This document shows, piece by piece, positions 53,407-64,000 of a stretch of DNA of 64,000 nucleotides. The position numbers and the translations under genes are program-made. Each line of letters starts with the position of its first letter. Position 1 is the stretch's first letter. The stretch comes from Epiperipatus broadwayi (taxonomy: Eukaryota; Animalia; Onychophora), in the NCBI GenBank assembly GCA_028023455.1, contig JAQFVV010000006.1, positions 11,966,001-12,030,000 of the forward strand. The letters are read 5' to 3'. The notes under the pieces are model-generated. The model did not search any database. It saw only the letters and a list, made by a program, of their open reading frames with translations, and was not told the DNA's origin.

Positions 53407-53806
53407 AAAACTCTCCAGACAGTAGTGACACTCAGTGCAAGCTAGAGTAATCAATGGATGCAAAAAGGTTTGTGCATAAAATCCCTATCTAGTGACTACT
53501 CATCCAATATCCCCAGATTAGTTTTTAGCTTATGGCTTTCATCAGTGAGGAGCATTGGATCTGAGAGGATAAGTCTTAAAATATATAGGTGTGGTGCTCT
53601 CAGATCCAAGGCTCCTCACTAATGAAAGCCAAAAGCTAGAAACTAGTCTGGGATATTGGATGAGTAGGCACTAGATAGGGATTTTATGCACAACGCTTCT
53701 TCGATTCATTGATTATTCTGGCTTGCACTGAGTGGCGCTACTGTGTGGAGAGTTTTTGCATCTGTTTTAACAGTTTGAGCAAGACTAAGAAAGGGTGATC
53801 ATGTGA
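53407..53806. mobile_element. HHR family 1B insertion, two inverted arms
   Basis: 15-bp TSD tgaacaataaagcca at 53392-53406 and 53807-53821. Both HHR cores carry point mutations. About 20 nt of filler lies at the junction. Confidence 0.85.
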
Positions 53807-54639
53807 TGAACAATAAAGCCATTAGTATTTTTAAAATTTATTTATTGATGAACTATAAAAATATTGTCAGGCATGATAAAAATATTATATATTATATCTG
53901 ATATAATTAATAATTTTTAAGAGTCATTAGTGACTAAGTCAGTTGTATTTATTTATATATAATTTAATCTGAAAATGTTAAAGCTTTTTTCAAAATAAAA
54001 ATATTTCAGGTTTTGTGAGTCAAAATAATGTAGTAAAATTAAGGATACCCATATCCTTAGATTCTTAATTCTTAATTTTACTAAATTATTTTAGTTTACA
54101 AATAGCTCACAGCAGAGAAAAGGGCTTCTTCAGCAGTCATTAATAAAAGGATAAGGAAGTATTTGTCAGGCTTGCCAGCTAGGGTGGGCTTGAATAGTAT
54201 TCCATTTTTTAAATACCTTTCACCTAAAAACATCTGCATATTTATTTAACAACCAACGATTACTTGTTAGAAGAATTGTTTATGGGCTAACTATAAGCGT
54301 AAAAAATCCTAAGCCTTTTGAAAATATTTTTATTTGACCTGAACACCCAAGCCATAGACGCAGTAGACAAATAAGCTGTTTATGCACTATAAGACCTTTT
54401 CTGGTACAAGATATATCAATTATAATTATATGGGTTCGAACCCAGACTTTCAAGCTCCCTTTTGTCATCCACTCCATCTTAAAAGTATGTATAATATACT
54501 TGTATTTAAATATCAATTATAATCTGTAAATATATTTTATATTTTTTTACATTTAATTCTTATGATTAAATTTAAAAACAAAAGGAAAGAAAAATTAAAA
54601 TGTAAGAAATATAGGTACAGTATGATTATGTCCTGTACA

Positions 54640-55020
54640 TGAGGGGTCAGATTGATTTTAGGTCAACATGGGTGTGATGAGAATCTCGGCCTCAGGGTGG
54701 CCTTTAAGCATTCCACCATCAGTTTTTCAATTGGATGGACAGTTGAAGAGCTGGAGTGCGGAGTGGATTGAAGCCTGTCCATTAAAGTATGAAGATTGGC
54801 TATCCTAATATATATCTGAGCACTTATTGCATATATGTGTAGAGATGATAATCTGGACCAACTGATGATTGCTGGTTTAGCATGAAATCTATTATTGGTG
54901 ATTATTTATCTTTTCAACATATATGTGTTCAAGTGCATCAGTGTTATGAGGTAGAGTGGTGAGCGGTGGGTTGTGTGAAAGTCAGTGCTCATATACCCTA
55001 TATATTAATTCTATCCTGTG
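54640..55020 (+). mobile_element. HHR family 2 element
   Basis: ACCAA-CTGATGA-TTGCTGGTTTAGCAT-GAAA-TCTATTA-TTGGT near 54857-54900. The upstream ~200 bp match the reverse complement of 4900-5060. Confidence 0.65.
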
Positions 55021-55129
55021 AATTTTTTTCCAATAGGTAAAGTGACTGATAATAAATTATAAGTTGGACTATTTCCATCATCTAATATTAATTGTTAAAT
55101 ATCTTTATAAAAATAAAAACAGAGTTTTC

Positions 55130-55345
55130 AATGGTATTATTCTCCACTCTTTTTCAAGTACCTCCTGACCTGACCAGTGACAGTAGTAGCATGGGAATTG
55201 AACCTGGACTGTCGGATTCATGAGTATTGAATTTAAGATGACACTCTAATTAATTAAGCTATTCTGTCATTTATCAATTGAAAGGTTCAATGTTGAGGCC
55301 CATGCTAGTATTGTCATTACTAAGGCCAGCAATACCTGAATATGA
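55130..55345. mobile_element. SINE family B, two inverted arms
   Basis: 55135-55260 matches 35985-36120; 55280-55340 is its reverse complement. Confidence 0.5.
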
Positions 55346-55389
55346 GAGAATAAGCTAACCTGTGTACTATTACTTTTATACCTCCTTCT

Positions 55390-56655
55390 AAAAGAAGCAG
55401 ATGAAGAATACTTTTTTTTGGCAAAGTTATATACCAAATGTCCAAATGGTAAAGATGTATCAGATGATTGGAAGAATGAAATATTAATATTTAAAAAAGG
55501 TGATAAAAATATTAAAAATTACAGACTTATCAGTCTTTTATGAGTTCTACACAAAATTTTTACCAAGATAATTACAACTCTTCTAGAGCAAACTTCAGAT
55601 TTTAATCAAACAAAAGAACAAGCTGGATTTAAAAATTGTTTTAGTACAGTGGATCATATCCAAGTATTGAAAGAAGTTAGAAAAGAACTGATGAATATGA
55701 GTTGCCTTTATGCTTTGGATTTGTAGTTTATGGAAGGCATTTTTGCAAATAATGCTTTAGAGTTTGAGGAAATGCTGCAAGAGTTATCAGGTGAAAGTAA
55801 AAAAGTAGTACTAAGGATAAAAGTTAAAAAGACTAAAGTAATGTTCAATGGCTATTCTTAAAAAAAAAAAGAAACAAAGATTGATAAGTTAAAAAAAGTT
55901 AACTACTACAAATAACTTGGTCAGATTGAAATTAAAATTGGTTGGAGTCTTTTGGTAGAAATAACTTAATATTAAAAGGATATATATATATGCTTGAGTT
56001 GGTTTTTTAGATCTAATGTCCCAACTCCTCACTGAAGAGACCCATAGGTCGAAACCGGTCTGGGGATGGGGACAATCCAAGATAAAAATGATTTGAATGC
56101 CTTCTCTTGTAGTAGCATTTATCATAAATAAAAAAAAAAGCTTGTTTAGAGCTATTAGCATGCTCTTAATTTTATATATATATATATGCACTTGAAAAGG
56201 AAGGTTTTAAATAAATGTGTTTTATTAGTACTTACGTATGGATCTGTGACTCTGTGACTCGAAACATAATAGAAGAGCAATAAAAAGACTTCAGATTACT
56301 CATCAAAGTATGGAAAGATGCATATTAGGAGTAACAAGAAGAGATCAAAAACAAAATACATGCATGAGAGAACAAATAGATATTACTGACATTATTGAAA
56401 GAATTAAAAAGACTGAAGTGGAGTTGGGTTGGATAAATTGCTAGAAAAGATGATAATAGATAAAGAGTTGAAATCTTAAATTGGAATATAAAAGGTAAAA
56501 GACCTAGAAATAGATCACATGTGAGATGGATGGATGAAATAAGGCAGTGTACTGGTGTGATGTAGAGAAGAAACTAGAGCTCAAAGAAGATGGATTAAAC
56601 TTAGAGAGACTTTCATCCTGTAGTGGACTGATAATGATTTAAAATGATGATGATA
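55390..56655 (+). mobile_element. Decayed RTE LINE interrupted by an HHR element
   Basis: KKGDK..IKNYRLISL, EQAGF and DHIQV, then a 3' region matching 25080-25545. Confidence 0.8.
55994..56170 (+). ncRNA. Family 4 element with a canonical minimal type I hammerhead ribozyme (core 56026-56066)
   Basis: GTCCC-AAC-TCCTCA-CTGAAGA-GAC(CCATAG)GTC-GAAAC-CG-GTC-TGGGGA-TG-GGGAC. Flanked by duplicated tatatatatatgc. Confidence 0.85.
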
Positions 56656-58154
56656 ATATGTTATTACTGATACTTGAATGTATATAAAAAGTTTATTTCT
56701 TTGAATATCTAACTCCTCGCTTCTTATTTGGAAGATCCGAATGAGAACTTTGTCTAAATTGATAACTTTTTATTTTTACAATTAAATCTTTTTTTCCACA
56801 TCATATATTGATAACCTTTACATCATTTATTACAACTTTAAGCTTTCAACTGAGAGAGATTTGAACTTTGCAAAATAGGAAAATAAATGACTAAACTGAA
56901 TTCTTAGCTATAACAATAGCGCCTTGCCTATTGGAAGTACTTTTGTCTATTCAAAATGTTAAAATAAAGTGTGAATAATAATTAATATTATATGCTGGAA
57001 ATAGTCCAACAAATAATAAGTTAATAAACACCATCATCACACACAGACAAAAACTTGCTAATATTTTCAAAGTCCCTCTTTAAAAGAGTGACTTAGAAGC
57101 AATAAAGAGTTCGGCAGTAATTCCAATCCGAAATGATTATCTTGTTTATTTTTTAGCCATAGATAAAAGCAGAAATATATATACAAGTGAATATTACAAA
57201 ATTTCATTTACAGAGGTGCTTATTAAAAGAGCCATATTAACCACCGAGCTGAACCACAAAGGAATAAAAAATAAAATAATTATTTGTACTTAAAAGATAA
57301 ATAAATTTTTTGCTAAGAAATTGTATCTTGACTGCACCCGAAAAAAATATATAAATCTAAATATTCAGGAAGAGGGATAGTTGTTGCTTCAATTTTTACC
57401 TTATATTACTAATATTTGTTCTTGATTAATTTATCTTTCACCAATCTTCTATCTTTGAACATAATAATTAAATTGATTTGGAAATAAAAGAGTTGATTGT
57501 TTAATCGAATGAATCATTACAGATTTTTTTATTTACGTAATCTGAGATAAATAATTAGAAAATACACTTAACTCAAACTAAATGTTCATAGTGGAGGATA
57601 AAGATGTCAATATTTTGAGACCAATTAATAACATTTCGAGATTCTAAGCAACGCAAACCCTCAGCTCGGACTTGTATACATAAGTAAATCAATAAAAAAA
57701 GTGGATATTAAATTGACACAATCTATCCTAAACAAAGAAAAATACTAGATTCAAGACATCTGAACTATCTGGCAGATGTTTGCTATTTAGTTCGGTATAT
57801 TGATTTATTCAACATCCTGTTGCTATAGTGATTAACTTTGATTTTCTACGAAATTAAATCAACTATTTTCTTAAAAATACAAAAATGGGTTGTAATTCAA
57901 AACTATGATTATGATTTAGAATTGTATTTTTTAATCTAATTATTCTTGTTGAATTTTAGAATGATTTTATTGTATTTTTAAAAACTAAAATAAAAATTAG
58001 TTTAAAAAGCATTCGGCTCCATTTATTGTTGGTGAATTTTGATATTTAAATGTATGCCATGAATATTTATTTATTCTTTACATAATATATAATAAATAAC
58101 TAAAAAAATTATCTCCGCTTTTCTCCTGAACGGTTACTCTAAAGTTAATCACTA

Positions 58155-58195
58155 TTTCCAGACTGGTTTCTAGTTTTGTCTTGGTCAGTGAAGAC
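58155..58195 (-). ncRNA. Degenerate hammerhead-like motif
   Basis: Minus strand: TCTTCA-CTGACCA-AGACAAAACTA-GAAAC-CA-GTC-TGGAAA. G8 is mutated. Confidence 0.35.
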
Positions 58196-58559
58196 TAGAA
58201 TTCAAAGATGAAACCAAACACATGCATCTAGAAACAACCTTTACTCCTTTACATTATATAAAAGGCTTAAGATTTTAAACCCAGGCTAACTTATTTGCAT
58301 AGCTGTTGATCTGACCCTAGATTTGTTTCTATATATTTCAGAGACTTACATTGTTTTATTGTAACTATAAGTTGTTTATTATTTGGATTGAAAAAATGGG
58401 ATATAATATTACATGATCTGGTGTCTGTTGATTATTCAACCTTACAGAATACTCCAAGCTATGGCAAAGATAACTGTTTAAAAAACATAAAAAGATCATG
58501 TGATATTCTACCAGCATATTGCTTCACTAGCAAGTAATTTTAGACGCCAGATGGCAGTA

Positions 58560-59201
58560 CTTCCCTAAGGTGGGATGATTGTGTTAGGAGAATTGTTGAG
58601 TGTTATAGTGGTAAGGAATGGGATAAAAGAATAGAAGCATTAATAAAAAATAGGGAGTTGGAGAGATGGAGAAGTAGTATGGAGGGTAAGAAGAGTTTAA
58701 ATATATATAGAAGTAAACGGAATATTGGAAGCGAGTTAATTTATAATAATAGTAAGGAAAGTAGTTTATTGTTTAAGGCTCGAACGGGATCTTTAGCAAC
58801 GAGAGAATATACATGTAAATGGAAAACTATGGGTGATTTAGCGTGCAAATTGTGTAAGGAAGGTATAGAAAATATTAGGCATCTGTTGATTGAATGTAAA
58901 TGCTTGAAAGCAGAAAGGGTACAGATAATGAAGTTATGGGAGAATAGGTATGAATAAAAGTGACTATACAGAAAGTGAGTTATTAGTTTTTATGCCGGGT
59001 TTGCGAAAAGATAAGGGGGATTTAGATTTAAAGGCCATAGAGTTGACAAAGATTATGTTGTGGAAATGGGATGGGGCAGAATATGGAAAGACTTAGAGTG
59101 GGGAATGGAAAATAAAGTGGCTAACAGGTTTATCTGGGCTTAGTTGCTGAGATATTCTTGACTTTGTTTAAGGAGAAGCCAAATACATCACATCACATCA
59201 T
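58560..59201 (+). mobile_element. 3' end of a LINE with a C-terminal CCHC knuckle and (CATCA)n tail
   Basis: ORF 58658-58957 reads YNNSKESSLLFKARTGSL...CKLCKEGIENIRHLLIEC; tail acatcacatcacatca at about 59185-59200. Confidence 0.75.
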
Positions 59202-59204
59202 TCA

Positions 59205-59395
59205 AAATTCCTAGACTAGTTTCAAGCTTATGGCTTTTATTATTGAGGTACTTTGGATCTTGGAATTGTGCATCTGAACCATTAGTGTCTAATGCATGTT
59301 CCTTCTAGCTGCCATCATTTACCTCTCTTTTATACAATCCAATGTGTCTCATTGATGATAGCCATCGATTTGAAACTAGTCCAGGGATATTGAAA
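59205..59395. mobile_element. Degenerate HHR family 1 fragments
   Basis: cctagactagtttcaagcttatggctttt...ttggatct, and the opposite-orientation gaaactagtccagggatattg. Confidence 0.5.
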
Positions 59396-59611
59396 GAACA
59401 GTACAGGTTATGTATTATTAAATACTATCATCTGGCATCAAAGCAGAATGGAGATGGTCAAAAGTATGCTGTGAGAACAAAATATGTAAGCTGAAGTCAT
59501 GTTATAATACCATGCAATATTTTTATCATGTGATATTGTTATTCTCATAGGATATTATAGATTTAAATATGGATGCAATTAGATGGAATTGTATTAAGAT
59601 AGGGTATAGAA

Positions 59612-59953
59612 AGTATATTCTCTTATTCTTCTTCACTTTCTTTGCATATCTTCATATAATCATATATATAGCTTATAACACTCTATTCATATACACATTA
59701 AATGCAACAAATTTTCTTCAAAACTTTTTATTTTCTTACAGTTTCGACTGTCCAGCAGTCTTCATCAGAGCTCTATCTCCTTCACTGCCTTAATTAAACT
59801 TTAAAGTTTAATTAAGGCAAGCTTAATTAAGGCAGTGAAGGAGATAGAGCTCTGATGAAGACTGCTGGACAGTAGAAACTGTAAGAAAGTAAAGAAGTTT
59901 TGAAGAAAATTTGTTGCATTTAACATGTGTATGAATAGAGTGTTATAAGCAAT
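59612..59953. mobile_element. Palindromic Penelope pLTR-like insertion with HHR-like cores (family 3)
   Basis: Arms about 59667-59800 and 59822-59953, with a ~55-nt left tail. 15-bp TSD agatagggtatagaa at 59597 and 59954. Core CTGATGA-A-GACTG(CTGGA)CAGT(C/A)-GAAAC in both arms. Confidence 0.8.
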
Positions 59954-61589
59954 AGATAGGGTATAGAATGACAGTAATATTTAAAGATCACCATACTTCT
60001 GTAAATAGTTTTATAGTAGAATATTTACTCTGCTTTTAAGCAGAAAATTTGGCATATGTATAATAGTTCCTCAAGATAGTTGTTTTTGATACCAAGACCT
60101 TTTTCTTGGATATCTGAAACTGGATAATAGTTAACCATACAAATGTCTTTAACATAAATACACACCCACAATATAATCATCAATAAAAATGATTTACAAT
60201 AAGCAGAATAATGTGGTTTGGATATGCTTAAAACTTCTATTCTACCACATGTTCTTGAACCATATGCATACAAAGACATCAAAAAATATGTCCCTAAGAT
60301 ATACTTGGATTAACAAGGATTATATCTGACTTAGAAATGACATGATAATTTGTAACCTAATAAATGATCAGTGTTAGTCATTAAAGTATTCATCTGAAGT
60401 ATATGCTGCCAAAGGTGTGAGTGTAGAAAGTTTGACACTTTTTTGAACAGATTGTAGTAATTTTATATTGATAAAGATGATGAAGATACGGAAGATGCTA
60501 TGTGGATAGAGTGAAGATTTGCTGGTTCATCCATAAATGCATATTGGTGATTATTTTTCCTCTTTAAGATACCCTTAGTTATAATATATGGTGGAATAGA
60601 AATGTATGGAAAATATAGAAAGGTGGAATTGGATTACAGATATCAAATAGTTATGATTAATAATAAAAAAATGAATTATCATTAACTGTATTTAAAGTTT
60701 ATATATCTAGATTATGAATATGATAATTTTTAATCTAAGTAAGGAGTAACAATAATCATTAGTGCATTTATCTGAAGTGGACAGTGTCAAAGTTACGACT
60801 ACATGAAGATTGACAAAGATGATCTTATGATATACAAATGGAACGGAAATAAATCTAAAAGAAAAAGACAGAGAGAAATTACATGACTAAACAAAATGTT
60901 TTACTGAAAGTTGATCCATAATGACTTATATACAGATGGAAGAGAATGTGGAATTAAATTAAAAAAAACAAACGAATTTTTAAATTTGAATTCATAAATA
61001 CTTTTTCAAATTATGGAAATACTAGATGGTCATTTCATGGATATGGGAAGGGGCAAGCTACTTTACATGTAAAAGAAGAATTTAACCTAAAATGGTAAAG
61101 ATGGTTTTCAGGTTTGATTAAAAAATCAATTATACTAATGAATTATTTTAAATTAATGACTGTATTAAACAGACATCAAAGCTTTAATATTTCCATTGTT
61201 TAGTTTGGTGGCAAATTTTGTAATCCTTCAACAATTGGATTTTTGTATTAACCCTTTATTCTATACTAGAATTCAATAAATTGGGACTAGATTTGTTTGA
61301 AATCTAAGTTTACAAATGAGAATCAGCCTATCAAGTCATATTTTAACTTTGCAAATTTTTGAAAAAAAACCCCAATAAAGTTAATAGGTAATGAGACCAA
61401 TTAACTTTTTTCTGATTGGATAATGAAAATAAAAGCCAGCCAAGCCGGTGATAACAGAAAATCAGCAAAAATTATCACTGACTAAATTTTAAGACATGAA
61501 TGAAGTAATATGAAGCCATCAAAAATCTGTCATATTGTGTTGTAAAATTTAAAATTGCATGTTACAATTTTTTAAAATATCTTAAAAAT

Positions 61590-61930
61590 TCCATACTAAA
61601 ACATCGCATGATCACCATTTCCTATGCTTACTCAGTCTATTAAAACAATAACAACACTTCCCATACAGGTGGACTACTCGTTTGCAAGCCATAATGATAA
61701 TGGATGCTAGAAGGTTTGTGGAAAAAGTCCCTATCGACCTAGTATTTCCAGACTAGTTTTAGCTGATGGCTTTTCAGTGAAAAACCTTGTACCTGAGAGC
61801 ATTGCCCCTAAACTTTAGATCTAACATACCCAACCTTATACCTTAATGTTTTCATTTTGGCCCAAGAGTTTTATAGTTACCTAAAAAGTAAAAGATAGCT
61901 GCTGCTTGGGTTGCATTACATCCAAATATG
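61590..61930 (-). mobile_element. Degenerate HHR family 1B monomer
   Basis: catgatcaccatttcctatgc...aatggatgctagaaggtttgtg...ccagactagttttagct matches the family consensus. Confidence 0.6.
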
Positions 61931-62330
61931 TGTTGATAACTGTATAATTCTATAGCTAAACAGTACTTTTCTGAAAACACACACACACATACATAGCTAA
62001 ACAGTACTTTTCTGAAAACACACACACATTTGACATGGGTTCTTTTTAAGTTTATATGCACACTATAAATTAACATTATAATATAAACAAATTTTTAAAA
62101 AATAATAAAGTTATCAATAATAAATTGTGGGAGCACATTACGTATATATTTACAATGTGTGTATTTTTCTTTCCAATCATATTTATTAGAAGTAAATAAA
62201 AAACATTGTACTGCACTATGTTTTTATTTCTTTACAATAAAGTGAACATTAAAAATATTAGACTATTGAGTTTCTGAAGCTATTGGTATATCAAAATAAC
62301 ACAGCATCACAAACGTTTGTTCTGGACGAT

Positions 62331-62800
62331 AAACAATTAATAAGTAATTCAAAAGATAAAACCTGATTTTTTAATAAAAATTGCATCATTTATAAATGGA
62401 GATGTAAGCATGGCAATGGATATACAGAGGAATCAAGATGTACACTGGAGGAAAGAACGAAAGAGCACTTGCTGTTATTAAGAAGGATTCAAAAAATGAA
62501 ACAAAATCGTAATGGAAATGATAATGTTTCAGCATCATTTTTTATGACCATAATAGATTATGCAGATATGGTTTTAATTTGAATTATAATAATGTAAAAA
62601 TATTGCAAATTGAAAGAAACAACAATAAAAGAAAAATATGAGAAGCCAATGTAAATTTATAAATATAAGAAAGACTTAATAAATAGACAAGCTGCAAATG
62701 TAAAAATTACGAAATTGTGGGAAGGTTAGCTTTTGAAAGTGTTAGTTGACAAAGAGTACGAAGATAGTTGAAAGTGCTCCTAAGTAGATAAAAGTTTTTT
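62331..62800 (+). mobile_element. Penelope-like GIY-YIG endonuclease remnant
   Basis: Reads LISNSKDKT*FFNKNCIIYKWRCKHGNGYTEESRCTLEERTKEHL, then IYKYKKDLINRQAANVKITKLWE. This matches the PLE pattern KDK..K..VIY.I.C.CG..YIGET.R.L..R..EH..EA.YI....NR..W. Confidence 0.7.
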
Positions 62801-62908
62801 AAAGTTGTACTTTACATATATTTGGATACGTATTTATTAATATTCAATTACAAGATTACGTATATAACTTTGAAGAAATACAGACATTGAATAAGTATAT
62901 ATATATAT

Positions 62909-63436
62909 TGTTCACTAGAGGGGGCTTATCACTAGCTCCAATCAAGCTTTAATTTATAAGTGCTGAAAGAAAAATAATTCAAAATCTTTATCGGAATGTC
63001 CTTATCCCCAGACCAATTGGCTTTGAGCTTATGGCTCATCTCAGTAGAGTGCTAGTACTCCAGATGTTAGATCCAAAATACTAACCCAAAAGTCACCACT
63101 TATATAATATGTTACTATCAATTGGAAAACATGAACTTTTCAGACATGTAAAAATGTATTCAAATCCAGCCTTACAAACCAGATAGCTATATGGGAAGCA
63201 CTGACTTTTGAGTTGGATCTTTTGGATTTAGTGTCTAGAGTCCTAGTTCCCCACTGATATGAGCCATAAGCTCAAAATCAATTGGTCTAGAGATAAGGAC
63301 ATTCTGATAGAGATTTTGAATTCTTTTTCTTTCGGCACTTATAAATTAAAGCTTGACTGAAGCAAGCGGTAATCTCCCTCTAGTGAACATTTTAATACAA
63401 GCTTAAAAGCAAGTTACACAATTTTGTGTCTTGGTT

Positions 63437-63437
<1 letters not shown>
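62909..63437. mobile_element. Family 4 inverted-arm element with two decayed HHRs, inserted in (TA)n
   Basis: Arms about 62909-63110 and 63196-63389, with a ~48-nt right tail. Cores read CTGA(G/T)AT-GAGC(CATAA)GCTC-AAA(G/A)-(C/T)CAATTGG-TC. Confidence 0.7.
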
Positions 63438-63471
<34 letters not shown>

Positions 63472-63520
63472 TATATAAATCTATAAAAACAATTTGATAT
63501 ATATATATATATATATATAT
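63438..63520. repeat. (TA)n microsatellites
   Basis: Two TA runs separated by about 30 bp. Confidence 0.9.
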
Positions 63521-64000
63521 AATCAAATTGTTTTTCTATAGAAACAGCAGAGGTTGTGTTATGGCCTCTCTATTTCTTTTGATAGCTTTTAAATCCATAC
63601 TGACTTCAGAAGCTATATGATCTCTTGCATTTGCAGTTATTCAGATTCTCAGCTAAATACTTCACGAGAAATTTAATTTTCCAATATAGTATAGGAAAAT
63701 TTACAGAAACATTTTATTGGTTCCTTTTTTTCTTTCCCTAATAATTGTAGTGTAGAAGTATTAGTTTTGTCTGAACTGCAATGTTTCTTAACAACTCAAA
63801 GGGTAGTTTTCCAGCTGAAGTCCACTCAGATTGTGTATAAAATCAAATGCCATGAGCCTACTTGCCCATCTGTCTACTGTGGGGAATCTCAGCCCAATCT
63901 ATCAATGTACATTGCAAAACACACCTATCTCTATAATAAGGCAAAAACAAGCAATAAATCTTTTTCAAACACGTTACCTCAACTGGACCCACTTTCATTG

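Noticed and set aside
60025-60282. 85-aa minus-strand ORF; also 51762-52019 and 3477-3770
   Set aside because: No recognisable domain and no splice or codon evidence.

Overview
Very AT-rich eukaryotic DNA, probably from an invertebrate animal. It contains no host protein-coding gene that I can support; the listed ORFs are transposon relics, antisense readings of them, or low-complexity artefacts. The window is densely packed with mobile elements: many decayed RTE-clade LINE pieces, two other LINE remnants, Penelope-like GIY-YIG endonuclease remnants, three tRNA-derived SINE families, a hAT MITE, a foldback element and mini/microsatellites. The main signal is roughly 30 intact or decayed minimal type I hammerhead ribozyme (HHR) motifs (CUGANGA...GAAAC..NUH), counted by eye. 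They belong to at least four unrelated short non-coding repeat families. The dominant family is a 450-456 bp ORF-less monomer found in tandem, the architecture of metazoan retrozymes, which predicts a ~456-nt self-cleaved, possibly circular RNA. Its core has an unusual A/A pair at the base of stem II, with covariation between subfamilies. Insertions from several families share one geometry: two oppositely oriented arms with outward-facing 3' ends, one arm carrying a ~30-55 nt longer tail, a central junction often with microhomology, and 9-16 bp target-site duplications (TSDs). This points to Penelope-type, double-primed retrotransposition. All sequence comparisons were made by eye; none were computed.
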